Source: Chrysomallon squamiferum (lineage: Eukaryota > Animalia > Mollusca). From it: a stretch of 64,000 nucleotides of DNA. This document shows, one piece after another, positions 1 to 14,854 of the stretch. The notes beneath the pieces were generated by a model. That model searched no databases. It was not told where the DNA came from and saw only the letters and a program-made list of their open reading frames with translations. The number at the start of each line of letters is the position of its first letter. The stretch's first letter is position 1. Made by a program: the position numbers and the translations under genes. The DNA is taken from positions 9,238,001 through 9,302,000 of the forward strand of contig CM022668.1 in NCBI GenBank assembly GCA_012295275.1. Reading direction: 5' to 3'.

Positions 1-835
1 TTTTACTAATAATTATTACAAAAGATAGGTCTAGATAATGTTCTAATTGTGGTAAGATTTGCTGCTGAGCCATGACTGCAGCTCCTGACAATGTTACAGT
101 AAACCAATTAATAGGTTCAGAGTTAAAGATAAAGATTGGAAAGTGATCATTCATTTTTAACTTTCCAGACTTTTACAAAGTGAAGTATATTTTCATTTTG
201 CTGGGTTAGCCCTATGTGCTTCTTAAATGAAATGATTTCTTGTTTCATGACAAAAGTAAAAGTATATAAAAATATTAATAAAGAAATAATAATATGCAGT
301 GGAGCATTATCTGGAATTGGGAAAAAATCTGTTTGTGTCCACCAGTTTATTTAAATTTTAATTAGTTAACTTTAATTTTTGTTTTATGCTTTATGTATCT
401 GTGTATATTGATCCACTTGTTAGTGCAGTACAGCTGCATCATTGGTTGTAGGATAAATCTCATCAGTGAACCCTTTTGTCTCTTTGCTGTTCCAACAAGT
501 GCCCCAAAGTTAATTTAGCTGAGGCAGTGGTTTGTGGTTTGTGCTTCCCTTTCCATAGCAAAATCATATAAAAACTCCTTTGCTAATAACAGTAAAAATT
601 TCAGATAAGCTGACAGCAAAAGATTTCCTTTCATTGTCATTACTCAAAAATATTATGTTTAATAGCCATCTCAGTTGATATTATTTGTTCTGAGGTGTCA
701 TTAAATGTTCTTTTTTTCATTAATTTATTACATTTTTTCTTTCATTCTTATTGATCCATTTATCCTTTTTCATTCATTTAGTTGGATAAAATGGTTAAAA
801 TTATGTTCTTTTCTTTTTTTTAATTATTGTTTCAG

Positions 836-2161
836 GATGCCTGGGTTGCTTTCCATGATGACAAAGAACTTGTGTCTAAATTTCTCAAATCAATACTTAT
901 TGGGGAACTTGAAGACTATAAACCAGTATGTAGCATACTAATAAAAATTATTCCAACATACAGTTTGAGCATTCCATATCTAAAATCTTGAAATCCGAAA
1001 TGCTTTTTATTTATTTTTTAAATGACCATGTTATTTATAATTTATCTTTCTGTTGACTCAGTTTACATACTTAAATATTTTGTGTCATGAACAAAAGTAA
1101 CTTTGGGTGGATTTGGATTTTGTATGTTGTATGTTTTGATTTAGATCCAGTTTTCAGAATATATAATTAAAAAAAAAAAAAAATAATAATAATAAAAAAC
1201 ATTTTTTTATTTTAAATAATAATGCTCACCCTGTGTGTGTGTGTGTGTGTGTGAAACGTGTAGAAACACAAATACAAACCATTAAAATGGAAACTGGTTA
1301 AAAGGTTATATGAAAGAAAAAAGAAATCAGTCATGATAATATTTTATAATGAATATGAGAATTATCTTTTTTTTTTTTAACTATTTTCTTTTATTTTATT
1401 TTATTTTATTTTATTTATTTTGCTGTTGTTTTTCTTACAGACACAACTTCAGCTTGATTTTCGAAAACTTCGTAAAACCGTGGAGGAAATGGATTGGTTT
1501 AAGACAAATCCTTGGTTTTTTGCTGCTCATTTTATTCAGCTGATTGTAATGATGATTGCTGCTGGAAGCATCATGAGAATATTTGGTACTGGTTGGCTTC
1601 CTTATCTTGCATCTGCTGCATTGTTTGCTACATTTCAGGTAAATGTACTGACCTGTTTCCCCTCTTTAGAATGTTATCTTTCATATATATATATATATAT
1701 ATATAATGTTTGCTGCATTTCAGGTAAACATATTCACCTAACTTTCCTCTTTAGAATGTAATAATTCATATATATATATATTTATGTGTGTGTGTGTTTT
1801 TCTATCTACCTATATGTGTGTATAAGTCTGTCTATCTGTCTATCTGTCTACCTATATATCTATCTTCCATCTATCTCTATCAGTCTGTCAACCAGTATAT
1901 CTGTCATTCTGTCCATCAGTCTTATTCTATCTATTTATCTGTCTGTATATCATCTATCTGTCATACATCTGTGTATTTGTATGTGGGTGCATTTGTGCAT
2001 ACATGTGTGTAGGTATAAATATTTATTATTTAAGATATATTGCTTATTCTAATTTTAATTTTATTGTTGCTAATTATTTTGTTTTATGTGTTACATTGTC
2101 ATTTTTATGGGTTTTACAAATTACTGTTGTTTTATTGTTTCACAAATTATATTGTTATGGA

Positions 2162-2193
<32 letters not shown>

Positions 2194-5100
2194 TTTATAT
2201 TTCATTATGTAAATTTATTATTTAATTACTAATATTTATTGTTTCACAAGTTATATTGTTATGGATTTATTATTATTATTATTTATTTATTTAATTATTT
2301 AAATTTCATTTAATTAAATAATATTTATTTAAGTTATAGCTTTTGTTTAATTATTAACTAATTTCAGGCCCAGGCAGGATGGACGCAACACGACTATGGA
2401 CACTTGTCAGTGTTTAAGTCCAGAAAAATGAACCACATTTTTCATTACATCACTATTAACATTCTGAAGGTATGGTGAAAGCATTTACTTCTGGTGTCTT
2501 ATAAATTTATATAATAAATATACATTGATAATTATTTATTTATGTTTCATTTAATTTTTCAGATACACACTGCCCACCTAAACACACAACACACACAAGC
2601 ACAGACACACACATGCACAGACACATACAGATACATACATATACATAGATACAAATATATAAACAGACAGACAGAAACACACACACACACACAGACAGAC
2701 TGATTATAAGATTCCTAATTTTATTTCTCTTCCATCTTTATGAAACATTTGTGCATTTATTTTTCTGTAGGGTGCCTCATCACACTGGTGGAATTTCCGA
2801 CACTACCAACACCATGCAAAACCAAACACTATCAGGAAGGATCCCGACATTGATGTGGGTTACTTGTTTCTGTTAGGTGACTACATGCCTGTGTCATGGG
2901 CAAAGAGGAGAAAGGGTATCATGCCATACAATTTTCAGCACCAGTATTTCTTTTTTTGTAAGTGTTTTTTTGAAAGCAGCTATCTATTTTCAAGCTAACA
3001 ATGTATGGTATTGACGATGGAAATGACATTTAGGAACTAGGGATACATTAAAATCTGTGAGACTGAGGTTGGGATGTAGCAGGGTAGACGTTTTATCACC
3101 CTCCATTAAGAAATTTATTTTTTGTCTAATTTCACTGGATATGATTATTTCATAGAAAACATATCAGTAACTCGGAAAAATAAAGATTGATTATAACAAA
3201 TATATATATATTTTTGCAGTGATGAAAACAAATTTCAGATTATTTATGTTTTCATAATAATAATAGCACACTATATACAATTTTGCATATCTTACTCTAC
3301 ATACTACATATTTAGAAAATAAACAAGTACATTTTAATTGCAAAGAAGCCTGACAAAAGATAGCTAATCAACATCTTTGACTGTATAATAATACTTAAAC
3401 TGAAAATTAAATAAAGTGAATCCGGCCCCCCTCAACTGCATACCCTCCGATCCATCACTGTCTGGCATGCTGACTTTCATAATATTGAGTACAAATTCAT
3501 TCTGCTTTTAAAAACATGAGATTACATTAATATAATACACATTATTCTTCAGTTGTTTTTAAAATATTCATTTAGGTGTTTTGAAATTAACTTATCTATA
3601 ATCCCTTTTGTTTCAGTGGGTCCCCCATTTTTGCTGCCTCTTTACTTCCATGCTGAAAACATTTACTTTATCTTCAAGCGAAGAGACTGGCTTGTGAGTA
3701 TTATTTCTTCATCATTTTTTTTTCTTCCTGACTTAAACTTTTATTTAAACAATATCATTTTAATCTTCTGTTGGGCTGGACAGTAGTAGTTTTTGATTCA
3801 GTAACATTCTCACAATTCATTTGTAATGATTTATCACTGATGTCATTTGATTCTTTGATGTTGATTCCTCCAAGTCAGGTGTGATTATTTAGGTGCAGCT
3901 TAATTCATAGTATGATGCTGATTGATACACATTTGTTGGTTTTCATGATATTAACCATAACATTTGCTGTTCAGTCTTTGATCTGTGTTAAATCATACTG
4001 TGATGCAAGTCAATCCATACTTGTTCTATGACAACAATCATTTTGCATTGTAACATCAGTAAATTCAGACTGTGCCTTCAGGCACTCCATACCATCTTAG
4101 TCAGTTAATATTATACTGATCAGTTCACCCTGCAAACACTGGTCACTTGACACTGATATCCATCAGGTGACACTGTACCATCAGTCAGTTCACACTGTGA
4201 AATCAGTCAATTCATGCTGTGACAGCAGTCAGTTCATACGATGACACTGGTCTATTCATACAGTGAAATTGGCCAATTCATATTGTGACTTCAGTTAATT
4301 CAAACTGTGACTTCAGTCACATTGTACTACATCATCAATTTATACCAGGCATCAGTCAGTTTACAATGTAATATTTGTTAATCTTAACTGTTGTCTTGGT
4401 TCATGCTTTAACATCAGTTACTTCATGACGTGATCTCATTTGCTTCTATGACATACATCAGTTAATATGGTGACACAACAGTTTGTTTTCAGCTGGTTTA
4501 TAATCTGTTTTAATTTTTAATAAGTTTTAAATTCCATTTTACTTTTACAGTATTATTATTATTAGTAGTAGTAGTAGCAGTAGTAGTTGTTGTTGTTGTT
4601 GTTGCTTGTGGTTGTCATTATTTTTTGTTTTCTCCACCCCAAGGATTTTGGACTGACAGTGATATTTTTTACTGCCCTCTCCTGGACATATGCACCTCTT
4701 CTTGGACACTGGGGAGCATTCTGTTTCTACATGTTTGCCAGGTAAGCATTTCGTAAATAAAGATAAAATTAAAAATTAATAAATAAATAAATTATGCAGA
4801 GAGGGTTAAGAAAAAAAAATATTTACTTGTATAGAAAAAAATATAAATGTCCTTTTTTTTTATTACACTGATTGATAAAAAGTAATGTTACTTATTGTTA
4901 TTATTGTTATTTTGGAGTTAATTTAATGATAAAATTATGATTGTAATGATTAAAAGCAAATGGACAAAGCATTTTTCAGAAATTTATCTTTATTTTTTTA
5001 ATTTCTTGATTAAATAAGAAATGGGATTTATGAAAACTAAAACAGCAATATATTTGTTTTCATTAACTCTTTTATTTTTTTTAAATACATTACATTTAAA

Positions 5101-6368
5101 CCTTACAAGCTCTGTTTGCTAACAATTAAATATAATCTCTTTTTTAATAGCATCCTGAATTTCTTTGTTCATTATTTAAACTCTAATTATCTAATAATTA
5201 AATATAACTACATTTTTTTTTTTTTTAAATCTGTACTGATTTCTGTTGACCAATTTATCCCGTGTGACAAATAATTAATGGATATGTTCATTATTTGACT
5301 TTTTAGGTTTCTTGAGAGTCACTGGTTTCTATGGGTTACCCAGATGAACCATATTCCTAATGACATCACTGTAGACAAGGGTCTTGAGTGGTTTCATCTT
5401 CAACTGATAACCGCAAACAATGTGGATCCTGGTCTATTCAACGACTGGTTCACAGGACATCTCAACTTCCAAATAGAACACCAGTACGTTAATTAAATAT
5501 TCATTAGCTTTGTTATACTGAAATTTTATAGAAATTTTTGATTTTCAGTTAAACCTAAAACTGTTTAAAAGTGAATATTTAAAAAAAAAAAATCATTTTT
5601 TGTTTTGTTTTTATTAAAAATAGATTTCTAGTATTTGAAATTCAGTTTATGTATGCATTTTCTGTCTGTTGACTTGTATAATTGTGTATCTATCTGCATT
5701 TGTCTGTCTGTCTGTACAACAGTCTATCTACCTCTGTATCTTTTTGACTGTCTGTGCAGCTGTCACTCCATCCACTGAGCCCCATTTCTTTCTCAGTTTA
5801 AATATATAAATTTAAATATTTGGAGATCAATATTTTAGTTGACTATGCCCCTTCACCTACACAGTAAGAAACAATTTATGTCATAATATTTTCAGTTTAT
5901 TTCCAACTATGCCACGCCACAACTATCACAAAGTGAAGCCACTGGTTGAGTCGCTAGCAAAGACTCATGGGATACCATATCGAAGTAAAGGACTCTTAGA
6001 AGCTTGTGTTGATATCTACCAGTAAGTTTTATCACAATAATTTATAATTTGTTAGTTTTGTTTTTAACAGTCTTATTGACAGATGGCTAAATAGATTTAG
6101 AAATATTTACAAATGAAATATTACTGACATTAATATTATTTCAGGGGCTTCATGACCAGTTTAAATATATATTTAACTAACTATTTTTTAACCATATTGT
6201 AATGATGTAATTACTGTTAGTGTTATCAGTGATAGTAATAATAATAACTCTTGTAGTAGTATTATTAACAACACCACCACCAAAACATTAAAAATGAATG
6301 TAAAATTAAATTGAAATTGTGGAAAAAGTAAAAGTTGTATGTTATATTTCTGTAAACACACATACTCA

Positions 6369-6421
<53 letters not shown>

Positions 6422-6603
6422 TAATTAATATGCATAATGTATCACAAATACACTTGGAAAGACAATATTGCATACCTATTCAGATATATTTTAAATTACT
6501 ATTATTATTGTTGTTGTATTTTGTTTACATTTTAAAATTATTTTTCCACAGTTCACTAAAGAAATCAGGAAAGATTTGGTATGACACGATCTATGAAGGA
6601 TGA
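836..6603 (+). CDS. FADS2: Front-end fatty acyl desaturase (FADS1/FADS2 family), 5'-partial, 9 exons, 368 aa visible
   Basis: Exons 836-925, 1441-1638, 2368-2469, 2771-2957, 3617-3693, 4644-4741, 5307-5483, 5896-6021 and 6552-6603. All introns are GT-AG with consistent phases. The translation contains the end of the cytochrome b5 domain (DAWVAFH), the three His boxes QHDYGH, HYQHH and QIEHH, and [20 protein letters not shown]. Stop TGA at 6601-6603. The HPGG exon lies upstream of the window. FADS1 versus FADS2 orthology cannot be resolved. Confidence 0.95.
959..1233. mobile_element. Tc1/mariner-pogo (Tigger-like) MITE remnant in a desaturase intron
   Basis: Starts TA-CAGTTTGAGCATT and ends AATGCTCACCCTG, an imperfect terminal inverted repeat. 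The internal AAATCCGAAATGCT resembles Tigger4/MER46 ends as recalled from memory, not searched. Confidence 0.45.
4040..4480. repeat. Degenerate ~21-22 bp tandem repeat (CATCAGTCAGTTCACACTGTGA-like) in a desaturase intron
   Basis: Recurrent CAGTCAGTTCA/CACTGTGA motifs at about 21-22 bp spacing, clearest at 4170-4320. Confidence 0.6.
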
Positions 6604-6823
6604 CACTGGAATAATTATTTTACTTTAAGTACCTAATTATTGTATTTGTTTTTATTTATAAACTTTTGTATATTTTTATACATACATAGATTTGTCATTT
6701 TAAATACACAGCTGTATATATATATTAATATCTGCTTTGAATGAAATCATGAATTCTACTGCCAACCACATTGAAACTTTATCTTTCATTCTCAAATCTT
6801 CAATCATGGACTTGAAAATCAAT

Positions 6824-6892
6824 AGAAATATTTTTCAGTTAAGACATTCATATTTACTTTAAAAAATAAATAAGTAATAATAATAATAATTA

Positions 6893-6924
<32 letters not shown>

Positions 6925-7204
6925 TAAAATAGATTGTGAAAAATATTAAAAGTATTTCTATGCAAAAAGTAATGTATTTACTGGTTGTTTTGCGTGATTA
7001 GATACTTTATGTTAGTTTTTGAGATGTGTCAAAATTCATTGCTGGAGTTTAAAAAAATAATTTAATTTTTTATTTCATTTTAATTTATAAATTATTTTTA
7101 CTTATTTTCTTATAAATATGTATACTTGTTTTTGTTTGTTGAATGTAGTATTAATATAATTTCTGCTCAGTATATTTAATTATTATCACTGTCATTATCA
7201 CTTA

Positions 7205-7241
<37 letters not shown>

Positions 7242-7527
7242 TCAAACAAACAATGTTTATTCTGCTTCAGAATATAATAAGTATTTATACATTTCTCTTT
7301 ATTTGACAATCGGCTCAAAACACGTCAGGTAATTTTTATAAAGTATTATAGTTTATTATTGCTATTGTACAAAATTTGTATTTCCTTTTGTTTTTTATAT
7401 TTATTACCTTTTATCCTGTTTATTGTTTTGTTTTAGACAGACAAGTGTTTGAACAAAATTGTATTTCAATAACATACTAAACTATTTTTTAATTTTTTTT
7501 TTTTCTTTTTTTTATTTTAATTTTCCA

Positions 7528-7562
<35 letters not shown>

Positions 7563-7812
7563 CATTATAAATAGGTGTATGTTTGAAAATGAGGTATTTT
7601 ATTTACAGTATAACTATCTAAATAAATTGTGGGATTTCTCTTGCTTTTTCGTTTTAAATTTGTGTATAACAACTGCTATGACTTTGAAAATGTATTTTTA
7701 TAACAAAACTCACTGATTCGTGTGGGGTGTTATTTGCTTTTAAGAAATATTTTTCAGTTAAGACATTCATATTTACTTAAAAAAATAAATAAGTAATAAT
7801 AATAATAATTAA

Positions 7813-7847
<35 letters not shown>

Positions 7848-8521
7848 TAAAATAGACTGTGAAAAATATTAAAAGTATTTCTATGGAAAAAGTAATGTAT
7901 TTACTGCTGAATTAGGTAAACAAAAATTATGAAATTAGTCCTTGGCAATAAATGTTACAAGAAGAAAAGAAAATATATTTTGTATGTTTATTCCCACTGA
8001 TACATTTTAAACTAAATGTACAGTTTGATATTTGTATTTCAGTCAGGTTAGTCTTCATTCAAGGAATTTTTTTAGAAAATATGATTTCTTTATATCATTT
8101 TCATCAGCCAAGTGAACTCTGGGAATTATCCCATTTCATTTATTTCAATTTTTAATTTTGAGTTTTATAGATTTAATTCAAACCTTTACATAATAACATG
8201 TGATAACATTAAGATCTGATAATTACTATTCCATCCATCATTGTTTATTTTATTTATTTCAAAGTCTTCTTATTCATAAAATGCATTTCAGATTGACAGT
8301 CTTTCTGTTTTAGAAGTTACTGGTTGTTTTGAGGATAGATACTTTATGTTAGTTTTTGAGATGTGTCAAAATTCATTGATTGCTGGAGTTTAAAAAAATA
8401 ATTTAATTTTTGTTTTCATTTTAATTTATAAATTATGTATACTTGTTTTTGTTTGTTGAATGTAGTATTAATATAATTTCTGCTCAGTATATTTAATTAT
8501 TATCACTGTCATTATCACTTA

Positions 8522-8561
<40 letters not shown>

Positions 8562-9062
8562 TTCAAACAAACAATGTTTATTCTGCTTCAGAATATAGTA
8601 AGTATTTATACATTTCCCTTTATTTGACAATCGGCTCAAAACATGTCAGGTAATTTTTATAAAGTATTATAGTTTATTATTGCTATTGTACAAAATTTTA
8701 TTTCCTTTTTTTTTATATTTATTACCTTTTATCCTGTTTATTGTTTTGTTTTAGACAGTCAAGTGTTTGAACAAAATTGTATTTCAATAACATACTAAAC
8801 TATTTTTTAATTTTTTTTTTTTTCTTTCTTTTTTATTTTAATTTTCCATATATTTTTTTTTTTTTTTTTTTTTTTTCATTATAAATAGGTGTATGTTTGA
8901 AAATGAGGTATTTTATTTACAGTATAACTATCTAAATAAATTGTGGGATTTCTTTTGCTTTTTCGTTTTAAATTTGTGTATAACAACTGCTATGACTTTG
9001 AAAATGTATTTTTATAACAAAACTCACTAATCCATGTGGGGTGTTATTTGCTTTTAAGAAAT
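6824..9062. repeat. Tandem segmental duplication (~0.92 kb and ~1.32 kb copies) downstream of the desaturase stop
   Basis: AGAAATATTTTTCAGTTAAGACATTCA begins at 6824 and 7743. Both copies end GGGGTGTTATTTGCTTTTAAGAAAT. Copy 2 carries 416 extra bp bounded by TTACTG (7901 and 8317). Confidence 0.9.
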
Positions 9063-11289
9063 GTTTGAAAAAGTTGTATTTTGATAACAAAATTTCCATT
9101 TTTTTTTTTTTTTTTTTTTGAAAATATTACATTTTATTTCATTTTATTTAAATTTTTTATATTATCATTACTATATTTAAATTAACAAACAAGACCGTCC
9201 TGTGTTGTTGTTATTCAGTATGCAATATGTCAAATATCTCACACTCTAGAAATATGTGATCTCACTGGTGTTCTAATAATAAGTATTTGAAATAATATCA
9301 AACCTGTGATATGGAGCTAATTTATATATTCATACACGTCTGTATGATAAAAGATGTACCCACATTTTTATTTTGAGAGTTTATAAATTACACAGTTTTT
9401 AAATTTCTGTTTGGGTTGCACATGTAAAATTAAATGTTTTGTTTCACTGTTAAATATAAGGTCGTTGTACAGAATTTTTGTAAAATATATGATTTTCAGA
9501 TGCCTGAGAAACTATAAAAAATCCAGGTACTTTTTATTGTTATTTTTAATTAATATATATTACAAAAAATGTAAAAGAAACTTAAGACAGATTTCGTCTT
9601 TAAAATATTAATATCAGTTTATAAATTATAAATATGCAGATTTAAACTTTTCACATTTATATATATAAAATAAAATAAAGTAAAAAAAATAAAGGCCTTC
9701 ATGCCTCTAAACTTAATCACTATTTTTGTATCATTATGTAAATATGTATGTCCTCTTTTGTACATTCAGAAATGATTCATATATATATTTATGAATTTAT
9801 ATAAGACTGGAAAAAGATTAATTTTTTTATTTGTGTCTGTCTCTTGAAAAATACCCAAATGTGCCATTAATCTGCAGTATTTCACCAATTTTAGAGGGTA
9901 CATAATAATTACAGACAGGTAATATGTCCAGAATATTTTTCACACCCATTTTATCTTGATTATATTTCTCTACATGCTTTGACACACTAAAAGGATATAA
10001 TTATTTCATCTGTAAAATATATGAAAACATAATAATAATAATCTTATTAATTTTTTTTTTTTTTAAATGGTTATTTAATTTATGAATATTTTTATCCACA
10101 AAGCCCAGGACATTCATATCACAACAATACCCCTTTTGAAATTTTTGTTTATTATATGTACGTATGTATAAACATGAATAAACTATTTTGTCTTGTGTAG
10201 AAGTCAATGTATTTTCTTATAAATAAAAATATTTTGAAAAATAAAAGACTCATTTGTTGTGCATTTGTAATAAGCTAAACTTTATTACAGGGTATTTCTA
10301 TAGTTTTTAATTTACTTTTTGTATTTATTTCTTTACTGAAATTATACTGTATTTGTTGTATTGCTATTATTTTAATTTACCTACTGAAGTTATGTTAAAT
10401 ATACTTACCACCATTTCATTAATACATCAATCTTTGACATCCTTGCTGTGTCTGCTTGTGTATCATTAAATATTTATTTATTTATTTATTTATTTATTTA
10501 TTATTTGTAATAGTTGAAGTATGAAGGTTTTATTATTTTCTTAAATTTGAAATTACAAAAGAAAAGGAAAATACGAATAATAATAATAATAATGGTAATA
10601 AGTTACACTGTAAAAATACAACAATGCAGTTGAATGTATAGTCGTCTGCTGCATGATTTAATAGTAAATAAATACATTTAAAAAAAAAAGTTGAATGAAA
10701 TGTTTAATAATGAGACGTACTTCTGTTAGAAATGAACATCACTGCGTTGCATATTATTATTATTCATTTACTCATTCATTATTTCTGTTTAAAATAAAAA
10801 AAATAAAAATAAAATGATACGAAAGGAAGAAACTCAACGAAATGGATCTATTTTTAAAACAGTACCCCCCCCCATGCCACCTCCCTTGGCTAAGAGCCTA
10901 ATAGACATCCGGTGGTTTAGTTACACGTCATGTCTGTGGAATTTACATAGTAGCACTGTGGCAGTCCTGTTTATAAATAGTATTATGTTACAATCTGGTT
11001 TATTGCATTTCAAATATTTAAAAAAAAAAAAAAAAAAAAAAAAATTAGGATTGGCATGTACATGTAACTTATCTGATTGTGTTTGAGCGAGCAAGCAAGA
11101 TAAATAGATATTTTTTTCTTTATATATATTCATTATTTTTAAATTTAATTTAATTTAATTTTATGATTTTTATTTACTTATTTATTTTGATAAATATATA
11201 TTGGCTGATTTTATAACAAGACACATTCATCTGACTGCATTATTTTTGTTTCAGTTGTCTATATAATTAAGCAGAAATGTATCCACTTA

Positions 11290-12360
11290 AGCACGCATTC
11301 GGTTATAACTTTATAAGTGCCATTTAACGAAGTTAAATTCACGTTAACCTACCTCAAAAATAAAATCACTGTTGGTTTATCTCCTAATTCTGAATTAGAT
11401 TAAGTCTTTTTGTTGCTAATGTTGCTTTCAATGACGTCACCGTTTTGTATTACGTTTCCCAGTTTGATGCACGTCATTTTGCTTTTGTACAGCATAGTGC
11501 AAAAGATATTAACATGTCCTGCAAATTATAAATTTTTTGTACCACAGATACACATAATTATTTCCATGAACCAGATAATAAAACAAGGTATATATCTGCA
11601 ACAACAACGCAAAACAAACATGTTATTTTGTCTAATGTAATATATTAAAAAAATGTATTCTTGTGGCGTGTGTCTTATTTGAAAACCAAAAGAGCAGATT
11701 AACGGAGATTTAATTATAATAATAACAGGGTTGAAGTCGCTTGAAACGTTTGTTTGATATTGCATACTAAATTTTTTTTTTAAACTCTACCTACGTGGGA
11801 CTGGTTTTTCAAAAAATGTGGTATGTACTGTTTTGAAGAAGTATGTAAAAATATTTATCTCTGCTGATCGAAAAGAATTATGAGGATAAAAGGATTGCAC
11901 CCTTATGTCAGGATTATACGAACCTGTATTATGTATATAAATTGTCTGACGTATGTAATAAAATTAGAAAACAAAATGAATTCGGGTGTTGAAAAATAAT
12001 ACTGAACAGTAATGCAGTTTTTGTAAAACGTTATAAATATAGTATAAAAGAGTCAGATATAGTTGAACTCCGTTAAGCATTGCTGATTAATGTTGTAACA
12101 CCACAAACATTTCAAATTTTAAATAATCAAGTGAATCCGAATTTTTGAAAAACCGTGTCTTTTTATTCCATAAGATTAAAAAGTGGAGTTATCTCCCGTT
12201 ATAAAATGGTGACAGGTGCCCAACAGATAAAGAACTAATTATTTCCGTTGATGATTAGCAAACAATGGGCTGAAATGTCAGTACGATTTTAGATTAATGC
12301 CAGAACTTTAATGGCTGCCGATGCCAGATCGTCGTCTGGGAAAGTGCCTCTTAGGGAGAG
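11290..12360 (+). promoter_or_regulatory. Probable CDK14 promoter / 5' region
   Basis: Local CpG enrichment against a CpG-poor background, a perfect CRE TGACGTCA at 11432-11439, and a YY1-like AATGGCTGCC overlapping the ATG at 12311. Confidence 0.45.
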
Positions 12361-14818
12361 TAAGTTAAAACATTTTATTATTAGCAAGCATTACGGTTTG
12401 CACTGGTTTCAGTGAATTTCGTGTTTTCGGTATGGATTGTTTGTCTCCGACTTAGGTGCTGACTAATCACGTTGCTGTGATCACACTTGGCTCTATAATC
12501 TGAAGTCAAAAAGTTAATTGCCGGCTTCAGTCTACCGCGGAACTTTTCAATGGAACTGTCATGCATTTATTTAATAAACTGCGTTCCGGTTATTATGCTT
12601 GATGTTCATCATGATCAATGATCATGTAGTAACTGAGCTAACTCGTACTTGATGTTTTTATTGTTTTTTTGATGTTAATATTTAAATAAAAATAGGAATT
12701 ATATCTTTGTACATTTTCAACTAGATATTATTTTTAAAAATTACAGCTGTTTATTGACAGTTAGTAAAATACTGAAAAATGTTTATTACCATTAGGCATT
12801 AGTATTGATATTACAAAACTGTAAAGAAAATAAATACATTATGATCAACTATAACTAGTATAAGCTGAATACCACGTTCAAGATGAGATATTTACCAGAG
12901 ATTATTTATTTTTTGTTATCTGAGAGGGTGAGAATAAAAATACACTGTGTGTGAGAGCAAAGAACCACAATTACAAGCAATTAAGGAGCTGAAATTTAGT
13001 TTAAATGTTGACATAAAATGTTCTGAGTCACCAGGTCTGTATTGGCCTGACTTGTGTTATTAAAGTGAAACATGTTTTATTGATTTTGACATCATGTAGC
13101 AGTTTTTAAATTTGGTAACTAGTCAGAATAGTCTGTTATAAGTTTAATTAATTTGAAGTATATTTCATATTTATTTGGTATTAGATTTATAAAAAAAAAA
13201 AAAAAAAAAAAAATTAATTTAAAGAATGTCTTGTATTGTATTCTGTATAAGTTTTAGAAGCATAAAAAACCCAGTATATGCTTAAAATGATGTTATGAAT
13301 ATACAGATAAGTATGTACATACAGTATACACAGTGACATATACAAAAACACAAATAATGCTGAAATATGAAGACAGAAAATGCAGTAATTTAAATATTTA
13401 CAAAACTGTAATGTCATTGTTGTTAGTTTTGAAATCAGTGTTTTATTTATCTTGTACAAACTTTGTAGATAATGACATATAACAAAATATGAAGCTCAAA
13501 GGATAGCCATAAAGACTGCAACATAAAAATGTCAGAAATTCTGATTCTGACAGAAAGACTGTTACACAAATGTACTGATTTATGTTATTTATGATTACAG
13601 ATACAATTTAAATTTCATATATCTTAAGACCATCAGGGTTTTGTATTTTCTTTTATTTTATTTTATTTGTTTTATTTTATTTAGAGGTGTTTTTTTCTTT
13701 CTTTTTTTCATTTTTAAAGCATTTGTAAATTACAATAGATTGGAAAATGACAGCATATAAGTAACTTTTGACTTGTTACATTACCATCATAATTTGTTTA
13801 TTAGCAAAAGATGTATCACATTTAATAAATTAACTATCACATAGGGAATATAAAGGCCATAAGTGCTATTTATTTTTTATCATGATAAGTATATTTTGAC
13901 AGTGATATAAATAAAATGATTGTTTGGAAATACACTAACAGAATTTAGAATATTTGTATCATGGACGAACCCTAACAAGATATATTTTTTAAAGAGTACT
14001 TAGAAATATATAAATTACATTAAGCTTGTATACTTCACATTATAATGGTTATACCTTTAAAAGGAAACATAAAACTATTTTTTGGTACTATGTAAGAATA
14101 TATTTATTCAGTTTTTATACTTTAACAAGAAATATAAAATACTTGAAAACATGCAATGTACCATTAGCTCACTAATGACAGAGAGATGTTGGAGAAAACA
14201 AGAAAATGTATATTAAACAAGCTTTATTTCTAGCATGACAGATGGTTCTGTTATAATTTATTCATGAAATCAGACCAGTAAAACACTGTAACTGCAAATG
14301 TTTAGGAACAAAAAAAAAACAACAACATTATTTTATATTGCTAACTCAGTTTTGTTGGTGAAGCATTCAGAAAAATTAATGCTATACTGTAAAATTTTAT
14401 CACAAATAAGTGTAATTTCATGTTAATAAATATAAATATAAATTCCAATATTTTGTGATTTTATTTTTATTTTTATTTTTATTTTTTTACCATTGTTTGC
14501 TCCTATCTTTGTTTAGTAATCCTGAACATTATTGTACATGGCATTGCCAACCAGTATTTTATTTGCAATCACATTCAGTTTTTTTTTATTTGTTAGTACC
14601 AAAAAATATATTATTTGCTATTGTGTTTATTTGTCAGTTTCAGTCAGTGTATATGTATTAATCATTTTATGGAATTTATACTGCATGCAGATTGGAAGCA
14701 CCTAAGAACAAATACCCTGCCCCACAAAAAAAAAGAGAAAAAAAAAGCGGTCAACAAACATGTAATTTATAAATAGAAAACAGCAACCAAAAAATGCAAA
14801 ATAAGAAAATAAGACAAA

Positions 14819-14854
<36 letters not shown>

